From the NCBI GenBank assembly GCA_963760795.1, contig CAVXEP010000020.1, positions 96,001 through 160,000 on the forward strand: DNA of 64,000 nucleotides, in the 5' to 3' direction. Source of the stretch: an uncultured delta proteobacterium (GTDB taxonomy: Bacteria > Desulfobacterota > Binatia > UBA9968). The notes below the pieces were generated by a model. That model saw nothing but the letters and a program-made list of their open reading frames with translations, had not been told where the DNA came from and did no database searches. The translations under genes and the position numbers were made by a program. Positions 20,413 to 29,301 of this stretch are shown in pieces (within the stretch, counting starts at the first letter, position 1; each line of letters begins with the position of its first letter).

Positions 20413-22428
20413 GCGAACTCGCCGCGCTGGTTCGTTTCGTTCATTTGACAGCGGCGATCGTTCTCGCCGGCGGTTTCGGCTTTTGGCTGTTTGTCGCGCG
20501 GCCAACGTTTGCCAGCGCCAAGGATGCGTCGGCGGCGCTGGAACATTTTATCCAGCGTTCGCAGCTACGGAATTTTCGTTGGTGCGTTGCCGTCCTCAGC
20601 GTAACCATGCTGCTTGGCCTATGGCTGCAAGCCGCCAATGTGAGCGGCTCATCGCGCCCTACTCTCGGCGCGCTATTCCCCCTCGTGACGGAAACCCAAT
20701 TCGGCAGAGTATGGTTAACGCGCATGGCGCTGCTGATCGTCATCGCCGTCCTGGTCAAACGAAAACCAACGGCAAATGAACCGCCAAACCTACTAGCGCT
20801 CGGTTTCACACTCAGTGGCTGTCTATTGGCTGGGTTGGCCCTCGCTGGTCATGCCGCAGCCGCCGATGGTGCTGAGTTTGCGTTGCAGGTGTCCGCCGAC
20901 GCTGTGCATCTGCTCGCCGGCGGCGTCTGGCTAGGCGGTCTCGTGCCATTGGCTTTGCTGCTGCGCCAATGTAATCGAAACGATGATGCGGCGAACCTTG
21001 CGGCGGCCAGAGAGGCTACCCGGCGCTTTTCGAGCCTGGCCTTGGCGAGCGTAATCGTTCTCATCTGCACCGGCCTCTACAACACGTGGAATTTAGTCGG
21101 CGGTTTCGCGCCGCTGTTTGGCACAGCCTACGGTAAGCTCTTGCTGGTCAAGCTCGGACTGCTTCTGCCGCTGCTCGCCATCGGCGCGGTAAACTTATTG
21201 CGGCTCAAACCGACAATCGTCGCGTCGAGCGACCGCGCAGGAGCAACCACCGGCGCGCTACGAAGCCTGAGCCGCAACGTCATCATCGAAGTTTTGCTCG
21301 GCCTTGCCATTTTGCTGATCGTCGGCCACATGGGCGTCACGCCGCCGGCGCGCCATGTTCCACCCGATTGGCCCTTGTCATTTCGCTGGGATTGGACGGT
21401 TCTTGAAAAAGCGCCGAGGGCGTTTGCCGAAGTTCAACGCGGCGCGATCTGGTTCACGATTGGTGCCATTGCGCTCATCGGCGGGATTTTCCAGAGACGA
21501 AAACGGCTTATTGCAACAATGATTGGCATTGGCGCGATGGCTTACGCGATCAATCTCGTGCACCAGGCGGTGCTGATCGATGCTTACCCTGACACCTACA
21601 AACGGCCGGCCGTAGCCTACCAAGCGATTTCCGTAGCCAACGGCGCAGCGCTCTATCAAGATAGCGGTTGCGCCGCTTGCCACGGCGACGGCGGTCACGG
21701 CGACGGCCCGGTGGCAGCCGAACTCAACCCTCCGCCACCCGATCTTACCGGCCGCCACGCCAACGCCCACACCGCCGGCGATCTGTACTGGTGGTTGAGC
21801 TACGGCGTCAAACCGGCTTCGGCGATGCCGGGGTTCAGCCAAAGCTTGAGCGATGAAGAGCGCTGGGATTTGATCAATTATTTGCGCGCGCTTGCCAGCG
21901 GCGAGCGCGCCCGCAATCTTGGCTCCGATAATCGACGACAACGCCTGGTTGGTCGCGCCGGATTTCAATTACGGCACATCCACGGGAGAATCGCGAACGC
22001 TCAAAGACCATCGCGGCGACAAGATCGTCCTGCTCGTCCTGCTCAATTTAGCAGCCACTGAAAAACGCTTGCAACAACTCGCCATCAGCTTGCCTCAACT
22101 CAGGGCCGCTGGCGTCGAAGTGATCGTCGTCCCAAACCTGATCGATTACCTTTACGTCGCCAATAAACTCCCCGGCCTGATTGTCAACGAAGGAATCAGA
22201 GAAATCACCGAAACCTATAAACTGTTCGCTCGCTCGTTTAGTGATGAAAACCTGATCACAACCACACCTCATGTCGAATTTCTAATCGACAAACAAGGCT
22301 ACATCCGCGCCCGCTGGTTGCCCGCCGAGAGCGAAGCTTGGAGCAAAATCGCAGGTCTTCTGTCGCAAGTAGAATTACTCAGGAATGAAAAGCCGCGCGC
22401 TGCCGCGCCGGACGATCATGTGCACTAA
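20409..22428 (+). CDS. copD: CopD fused to cytochrome c and a redoxin-like domain (frameshift near 21920)
   Basis: AGHAAA, HLLAGGVWLGGL, YGKLLLVK; CAACH heme motif and AMPGF; then APDF..LIDKQGYIRARW..PDDHVH. Confidence 0.85.
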
Positions 22429-22510
22429 TCACCCAAGCCGTGAGAAAACTACGTTCCTTTGATAATGTTTGATCAGATTACCGGCAATTCGAACATATGC
22501 GCGCGGAGGT

Positions 22511-23020
22511 CTACAAGAACACGCTGATATTTTTCGCGTCCAGCACCGCTTGATCGAGGATGATCGTGCGCCGGGCGATTTTGAAGGTCGCCGCCGCGCG
22601 CCGCAGGATATCCTGGCGCGTGCCGACGAAGATATCTTTGTCGCTTTCCTGGCGCGTGCGGTAGACAAGGAAATTCGAATGGGCTTCGATTTGCTCGCCG
22701 TCGTCTTTCTTAATACGGATGTTGGTAATCAGGTGGCGCGTGCGCGACGGCGGCACTTCCGCCCAGGCGATTTTGGAATAGGCGCGCTCGACGCGGATCT
22801 TCAAACTCTGCCAATCGTCGTTGAAATAATAGGCGTCGCCGGGCTGGGAAAGCTCGTCGCTGACACTTTCAGGCCGCTCCAGCGTGTTGTGCCGTAGCGG
22901 CATCCAGTAACGAATGTCTTCGGTCAGCAGCTCGAACCACTCGCGCAGCTTGCGCTCGTCGAGCAGCTCGGCTTCGAGGTAATAAAAATCCTCGACTTGG
23001 TGGCGCAGCTGGCTATCCAT
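22511..23020 (-). CDS. Aromatic ring-hydroxylating dioxygenase beta subunit
   Basis: EAELLDER...W, YWMP, PPSRTRHLITN, SNFLVYRTR, KIARRTIILDQ. Confidence 0.92.
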   Translation of the reverse strand: MDSQLRHQVEDFYYLEAELLDERKLREWFELLTEDIRYWMPLRHNTLERPESVSDELSQPGDAYYFNDDWQSLKIRVERAYSKIAWAEVPPSRTRHLITNIRIKKDDGEQIEAHSNFLVYRTRQESDKDIFVGTRQDILRRAAATFKIARRTIILDQAVLDAKNISVFL

Positions 23021-24296
23021 TGGACTCGCTCGCAACCTCGCGCCAATTTTTCGCTTGCAACAGCTTGGCCCAATGCATGTACAGGCTCAGCTGATTGTTG
23101 TCGCTGAAGCGGCTTTTCACGCGTCCCGGCAGATCGATTTCCACCGGCGGCTCGTTGCCGCGCATCTGATAGTTGGCCGGAAAACGCTGGCCGATCAGGC
23201 TGCGCGCCGCGCCGGTGACTTGAATCCAGTTGTCCATGTCATCCTGCTCAAAGACTCCCGACGGACTGAAACGGTACTGCGCCACGAAGCGCATGACATC
23301 CTTGATCTTCGGCGAAGCCGCTTTGTCGACGATCGCCCAGCTCCAGATCTCCATCTTGTCCGGCCCGCGCGGCTGCCAGACGCGTATCGTCCGCGTCAGC
23401 CAGTGCACCGAGAGATTGGGGAAAACCGTTCCCGCCGACGGGGAAATCTGCCGCGCCCGCTTGGTTCCTAAACGGCTTTCAATTTCAACTTCGTGCTCTT
23501 TCATGTAGTCGGCGAGCTGATCATCCGGCTGAGCAAACCACGGCCCGCTGTCCGGCGGCGTCAGCCAGGAGACTAGAATATGGCCGTTGTCGCAGGCGAT
23601 CTGACAGCCTTTGTTCCATTGGCGGGTTTTGCTGGTGGTCGTGTCGATGCCCAACTCGCGAGCCGAGCCATGAGTCGAGGCGATGTGGTAACCGTCGCCA
23701 CCGAAATTTTCCGCGGCGGTCTTCCAGTTGGCGTCGACTACCCAGCGCTGCGGACCGCTTACCTCCGTGCCGCCCTCGCGGCGGTCGAGGAGAATGTCCA
23801 AATACCAGGCCATGTCACCGAGATAATCGCATAGCGACGGCGCTTCGGGATCGAAGGTCGCGAAGATCAGTCCCTTGTAACTGTCGACCTGCGCCACCGA
23901 AACCAAGCCCCACTGCGAGCGATCGAGATTGCCGAAAGTGTCGACCATCGGCACCAGCGCGAGTTTGCCATCGGTGGTGTATGACCAGCCATGATACGAG
24001 CATTGAAATAATTTGGTATTGCCGCGGTCGGCGCGGCACACCCGATTGCCGCGATGGCGGCACATGTTTAAATGCGCGCGCAGTTGGCCGTTTAAGTCGC
24101 GCGCTAAAATCACCGGGTCTTCGCCCATGTAGCGGGTGACGAAATCGCCGGGGTTGGGTATCTCACACTCGTGGCCGAGGTAAAGCCAGCAGCGCGCAAA
24201 GATCCGCTCGCGTTCCAAATCGTAGATCTCCCGGTCGGCGAAGATCCGCCGATCGATGAGACCGCCTTCCGGGTCGACGAGTGATTTGATGTCCAT
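23013..24296 (-). CDS. Rieske aromatic ring-hydroxylating dioxygenase alpha subunit (HcaE/BphA-like)
   Basis: CRHRG and CSYHGW Rieske ligands; NWK..ENF..DGYH..TH; EQDD. Confidence 0.95.
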   Translation of the reverse strand: MDIKSLVDPEGGLIDRRIFADREIYDLERERIFARCWLYLGHECEIPNPGDFVTRYMGEDPVILARDLNGQLRAHLNMCRHRGNRVCRADRGNTKLFQCSYHGWSYTTDGKLALVPMVDTFGNLDRSQWGLVSVAQVDSYKGLIFATFDPEAPSLCDYLGDMAWYLDILLDRREGGTEVSGPQRWVVDANWKTAAENFGGDGYHIASTHGSARELGIDTTTSKTRQWNKGCQIACDNGHILVSWLTPPDSGPWFAQPDDQLADYMKEHEVEIESRLGTKRARQISPSAGTVFPNLSVHWLTRTIRVWQPRGPDKMEIWSWAIVDKAASPKIKDVMRFVAQYRFSPSGVFEQDDMDNWIQVTGAARSLIGQRFPANYQMRGNEPPVEIDLPGRVKSRFSDNNQLSLYMHWAKLLQAKNWREVASESNG

Positions 24297-24569
24297 GCCA
24301 ACACCTCGCTTAGGTCGAGAGCGCCTGTTCGGTCATAATAACTCTGGCGCCATTGTGTCAAGCTAACGCCGATTAGCCAAGCGACTGCGATAAAAATCAC
24401 TTTGCCGTGCGAACAGCGCTGGTGCTATAAGCGGACAATAAGATTGGCCGCAATGAACGCATAGAACACAAAATAGATATCGGGAGAAATCCGATGTAGG
24501 GGCGCGCTTGCACTGCAACAACACTCATTCGCGCCAGCACTAAAGATCGGCAAATAAAGGAGCACTGCC

Positions 24570-26102
24570 ATGGCTACCAAAGAAACCAACCTAAGTCGCC
24601 GGCGTTTTCTGCAACACAGTACCACGCTCAGCCTCGGGGCTCTGATCGGGCCAGCCCTTGGAGGGAATGCGCTCGCGGCGTCCAGAGAGCGGGTCGTCAT
24701 CTATCAAGGCGTCAGCCTCGACTCGCTCCATCCCTACGGCTACAGCGGCGGCGGCATCAACGGCATCTGGCTCCATCTGATCGAGCCGCTGATCGTCATG
24801 GACTACACCCGGCAAAAATATGTCGGCGTGCTCGCCGACTCGTGGGAGTTCCAAGGACGACGCTGGATATTCCAGCTCAGAAAAAACATCCGCTTTCACA
24901 ACGGCGCGCCGTTCACATCGAAAGACGTGGCCTATTCGATCGAGCGCATGAAAACCGACAAGCGCAGCCTTCAGGGCGGCGACATCTTGGAGCTAGAAGT
25001 TGAAACGCCCGACGATTTCACCGTGGTTTTCAACACCAAGCAGCCACTCTCGCTGCTGCTCGACCGCCTGGACACGCGCTACATCATCAGCAAAGCCGCT
25101 GCGGAAAAATACGGCGACCAAGCCGACAACTACGCCATCGGCACCGGCCCCTATAAATTTGTCAGCTGGCAGCGCGGCGGCAACCTGGTCTTGACGCGCA
25201 ACGACGACTATTGGGGCGCCAAGGCGGAGATCAAGGAAGTCATCTTGAGAGGCGTAAAAGAAGAGGCAGCGCGGGTCGCCGGCCTGCTGTCAGGCCAGGC
25301 CGACGTGGTCAGCAACCTGCCCATCGAAGAAATCGATCGAGTAGCGAAACATCCGCGCGTCCGGGTCGAGAAGATTCCCGGCTTTCGCATGTATTTCGTC
25401 GCCATGAACTTCGCCCATAAACCTTTCGACAACAAGTTGGTGCGCCAAGCGATCAACCACGCCATCGATCCGGCGCCGATGATGAAACATGTCTTTTCCG
25501 GCAACGGCCAGGTGCTCAACGGCCCGCTGGCGGCGAACATGACCGGCTTCGACCCGGCGATGAAACGCTATGCCCACGATCCCAAGAAAGCCCGCGAGCT
25601 GCTCGCCCAGGCCGGCTATCCAAACGGCTTCGAAATCAAGCTGCATTTCTCGCCCGACCGTCATCTCAAGGGCCGAGAAGTCTGTGAAGTGATCGGCGAT
25701 CAGTTGGCAAAAGTCGGCATCAAAATCGAATTGGTCGGCCAGGAGTACGCCGTCTACTGGGGCAGGGATGGCGTCAACGGCGGCAAGCTGCCCTTCTACT
25801 ACGCCGGCCGCACCGCCTCCGACGCCGACACTTTCTACGATCAATACTTTCACACCGGCATCACCAAGCGCATCGGCTACAGCAACCCGGAGGCCGACAA
25901 ACTCATCGAAGAGCAACAGCGCACCGCCGATCAGAAAAAACGCGTGACGATCTTGCAGCAAGCTGGCCGCCTGATCATGGAAGACGCGCCCTTCGTGCCC
26001 CTCTACACCCTATCGGAAATTTACGGCGTGGCGAAAAATGTCATCTGGAAAGGCACACCCGACAACCGTATCCTCGCTGCGGAGATGAAGATCAGAGGGT
26101 GA
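24570..26102 (+). CDS. ABC substrate-binding protein family 5 (Dpp/Opp-like), Tat-exported
   Basis: SRRRFL; FHNGAPFTSKDV; GTGPYKF; VRQAINHAID. Confidence 0.92.
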   Translation: MATKETNLSRRRFLQHSTTLSLGALIGPALGGNALAASRERVVIYQGVSLDSLHPYGYSGGGINGIWLHLIEPLIVMDYTRQKYVGVLADSWEFQGRRWIFQLRKNIRFHNGAPFTSKDVAYSIERMKTDKRSLQGGDILELEVETPDDFTVVFNTKQPLSLLLDRLDTRYIISKAAAEKYGDQADNYAIGTGPYKFVSWQRGGNLVLTRNDDYWGAKAEIKEVILRGVKEEAARVAGLLSGQADVVSNLPIEEIDRVAKHPRVRVEKIPGFRMYFVAMNFAHKPFDNKLVRQAINHAIDPAPMMKHVFSGNGQVLNGPLAANMTGFDPAMKRYAHDPKKARELLAQAGYPNGFEIKLHFSPDRHLKGREVCEVIGDQLAKVGIKIELVGQEYAVYWGRDGVNGGKLPFYYAGRTASDADTFYDQYFHTGITKRIGYSNPEADKLIEEQQRTADQKKRVTILQQAGRLIMEDAPFVPLYTLSEIYGVAKNVIWKGTPDNRILAAEMKIRG

Positions 26103-26118
26103 GGGTGAATCGGGGATA

Positions 26119-26191
26119 GTGGAGTGATGGAGTTCTGGAGTACTGGAGGGAGGAACCGTCTGACCCATCACTCCAACACTCCATTACTCCA
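26119..26191. repeat. TGGAGT-unit periodic palindrome
   Basis: Tandem TGGAGTnn units followed by inverted ACTCCA units, between convergent genes. Confidence 0.75.
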
Positions 26192-27680
26192 ACCTAAGCA
26201 TTTGTCCCAACGCGAGGCCGAACGGCGCGGCGTGAACGCCGTACTGGCTAAAGTCATTGGCGAATGCGCACAGCGCCCAGTGCGCCGCGTCGCGATACTT
26301 GGCGTCCTTCGTCGCTTGAGCCAAATGAGAGAAAGAACGAAGCCGCGGTGCCGTTCTGTTCGATCAAAGTTAACCGAAGTCGGAGCGAAGCCGAATCCGG
26401 CGTGCAAATATCGTAGAAACCGCCGGCCGGGTTTTTCAGTTCTGATAAAATGAACGCCGCCAACCGTCGCGCCCGATCCACGTATGTCACCATCTCCCGT
26501 CACTTGGTAGGCGCGCAACAACGCGCTGCCCATCTGCGCTTGATCCTGCAGCAGCCCTGGCACATGCGCCGCGCCGTCGAAGTAGTGAAACATCCCGCCG
26601 CCATCGCTGCGGCAGTTCTGCCAGAGAAACTCCAGCGCGGCGAGCCCTCGCTCGCGGTAAGCCGGTTGGTCTAATAACACCGCAGCATCGAGATACGCCG
26701 CGCTGGCAACCCCGTTCGCGTCGGTGTAAATGCAGCGATCGATGATCGTGAAGAATTCCTCGCCATCGACGGCCGGCGGTTCATAACGCAACCAATCTTC
26801 GCAGCCGTGGAAAGTTCCGCTCGCCGGATCGAAAAGCCTGGCATCCAAGTACTCAATAATCTCCTCAGCCATGCGCCGGTATTCCGCCCGCTGAGTGATA
26901 CGAAATACAGACAAGCAATTGGCCAACAGCCCGGCCTCTTCCAACAGCAATTTTTCCCGGTGCGGATGGCTCCAGTCCGGGTTGGAAGAAGTGCGAAAGT
27001 AGGCGCCGCCTTGCTGATCGTAAAGCTCACCTGCGCGCATGCGCTCAAGAGTCAAACAAACCTGATCGAGATATTGCGTGTCGTCGGTCGCTTGATACCG
27101 CGCCAGCAAAAAATCATTAACTTGGGGATGGATAAATTTCTGCCCACGATCGTAACCGCCGTAGGAACGGTCCGCCAGCGCCATTACGCTCGCGGTGATC
27201 TCCGAAAGATTCGTTGCCAACTCCGCCTCATCCAACTGTCGCGCCGGCTCAGGCGTCGACTCTTCCGGTAGCTTGAGCCGCGGCACGAAGCTCCTCTTTG
27301 CGCTGCTGGTAGCTCATGTACACATCGATGAGCAATTCTTTGAACTGATCCGTCGGCAAATAATTTACGGCCGCGAGCAACTGCCCAGCGGGCGTCATGA
27401 AGGCGATGGTCGGCCAGCCGTTCAAGTTGTAACGCGCATCGACGTCGGGCCGCTGGGCATACTCGACCCGCAGCGGAATGAAGTAAGCATTCAAGAGTGC
27501 GATGTTTTCAGTCTCAGAAAACGCTTGCTCATCCATACGCTGGCAGAACCGGCACCAGAACGCCGACAAGTAAAGCATAACAGGTTTGTCCTCGGCGTGG
27601 GCCGCGCGGAAGGCCGCGTCGCCCCATTCATGCCAGGGGATGATATGAGCTTGGTTGGGAAGCGGTGAGAAACGGATCAC
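26184..27680 (-). CDS. YyaL/SSP411-like thioredoxin-domain (DUF255) protein (several frameshifts)
   Basis: WHEWGDAAF..DKPV..WCRFC..MD, RPDVDARY..GWPT; HPHREKLL; GLLQDQ; ELKNPAGGFYD; reconstructed stop at 26184. Confidence 0.8.
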
Positions 27681-27780
27681 GGTTTTGAATGACCTCTGTT
27701 AATCTGCCTAGCTTTTAGCACTTTTCACCTTCGCGAAGAAAGGCCATAAACTAGTTCGTGGTTCAGTTTCGAATGTAACC

Positions 27781-27840
27781 GTAGGGGCGACCCCCTGTGG
27801 TCGCCCGTCCGAGAGGGTAGGCACAGGGGCCTACCCCTAC
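27781..27840. repeat. GTAG-type REP doublet
   Basis: GTAGGGGCGAC...GTCGCCC then GGGTAGGC...GCCTACCCCTAC. Confidence 0.8.
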
Positions 27841-27847
27841 AATGACA

Positions 27848-27911
27848 ATTCACTGAAATCACAGTGAATCACGACCACAAGTTGACAAGCGCAAGCGCGG
27901 GGACATAGATT
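27848..27911 (+). promoter_or_regulatory. Operator-like inverted repeat plus sigma70-like promoter of the grdE/grdB-like operon
   Basis: ATTCACTG-N6-CAGTGAAT (27848-27869); TTGACA (27882)-N18-TAGATT (27906). Confidence 0.55.
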
Positions 27912-27959
27912 GCCTAGAATCGAAGTTTGATCTGTCAGTTGTAATCGGGAGATCGTCGC

Positions 27960-29237
27960 ATGCAGTTGACCCTTGCAGTCCATCCAATCACCGACATTCA
28001 ATTCGGCACGCGCTTGTCGCTCGACGGCAGCGCGCTTACGGTCGATGGCGAGGAATTGCGCCGCTTGGTGTTGGAAGATGCGGCCATCGATAGCGTCGCT
28101 TTCGACATCGTCCGTCCCGGCGAGAGCTGCCGCGCCGGGCCGATCTTCGATGTCGTCGAGCCGCGCGCTAAAGCCGACGGCGGCAGCGACTTTCCCGGCA
28201 TCATTGGCGCGCCGACTACCGCGGGGATGGGAACGACTCATGTACTCGCCGGCGCGGCGGTCTCGATCCTCGCCGAAATGTCCCCCGACCCGTCGCGCAG
28301 CGCCACCGGACGGGTGTTGGAGATGAGCGGCAGCGCCACCGCCGGCAGCGCATATTCAAAACTTTGTCATCTCTTGGTGGTACCGCAGACAAAATCAGGA
28401 TTGCCGCGCTCGGCGGTGTTAAAAGCCTACCGCGTCGCCAGCGTCAAAGTCGCCGTGCGTCTAGCCCGCGCCGCGCTTGCGCAGGCACCGGCGTCCACAC
28501 AGACGTTTGAGCCCATCGGCGCCGAAGACAAGAGCCGCGAAGGGTTGTCCCGGGTCGTTTATATCGGGCAGATTTTTTCGCGCCAGCGCAAACCGGCGGT
28601 GGACGAGCCGATTATTTATGGAACCAATACCGACGGCATGCTGCCGGTAATTTTACATCCCGACGAATGGCTCGATGGCGCGCTGGTGCCGTCGCTCAAC
28701 TCCTGGTTTGGCGGCACGGAGACTTATTTTTATCAAAATCACCCGGTGGTTCTCGATCTCTACCGGCGCCACCACGCGCGCGAGATAAACTTTGTCGGCA
28801 CCGTGGCCACCGTCGCCGGCAACGACAATGTCGACCGGGTAAGGCAGTGCCACGCCGCGGCGAATTTAGCCAAGTGGAACCTGCGCGCCGACGGCGCCGT
28901 GATGACCAAGTACGGCGGCGGCTTGCCCCACGCCGACCTGTCGGAGACCGCGCGCTTGTTGGAACATATGGGCATCAAAACCGCCGTCATGGTTTCCGAC
29001 GTGGCGCGCGACCGGCGCGTCGAATCGGCGCTCTTGTTCAACGTCCCTGAAGTCAACGCCATCGTCTACAACGGCGGCAACGGCACCGAATATGAAATTC
29101 CCAAAGCCGCCCGCGTCATCGCCGCCAAACCGGAACTGGCCGCGCTGCTTGCCGGACCCATGACGATAGATGCCAACAACATCATCGGCGTCACCAACCA
29201 GCAGGGCGCGTCGCGAATGAAATCGTTAGTCTATTGA
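27960..29237 (+). CDS. Glycine/sarcosine/betaine reductase component B proprotein-like (GrdE/GrdI family)
   Basis: DVVEPRAK, FPGIIG..GMGTTHVLAG, LHPDEWLDGA, YQNHPVV..LY, GGG.PHADL. Confidence 0.85.
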   Translation: MQLTLAVHPITDIQFGTRLSLDGSALTVDGEELRRLVLEDAAIDSVAFDIVRPGESCRAGPIFDVVEPRAKADGGSDFPGIIGAPTTAGMGTTHVLAGAAVSILAEMSPDPSRSATGRVLEMSGSATAGSAYSKLCHLLVVPQTKSGLPRSAVLKAYRVASVKVAVRLARAALAQAPASTQTFEPIGAEDKSREGLSRVVYIGQIFSRQRKPAVDEPIIYGTNTDGMLPVILHPDEWLDGALVPSLNSWFGGTETYFYQNHPVVLDLYRRHHAREINFVGTVATVAGNDNVDRVRQCHAAANLAKWNLRADGAVMTKYGGGLPHADLSETARLLEHMGIKTAVMVSDVARDRRVESALLFNVPEVNAIVYNGGNGTEYEIPKAARVIAAKPELAALLAGPMTIDANNIIGVTNQQGASRMKSLVY

Positions 29238-29301
29238 AGAAAACGCGAGGCATGAGTAGAAATCCGAACTCGCGCTTCATGCCTGTATGAAGGAGCTAAG
29301 T

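Noticed and set aside
27249-27286. Programmed frameshift or true two-gene split of the YyaL-like gene
   Set aside because: No slippery sequence; removing one base gives a continuous protein, consistent with the window-wide indel noise.
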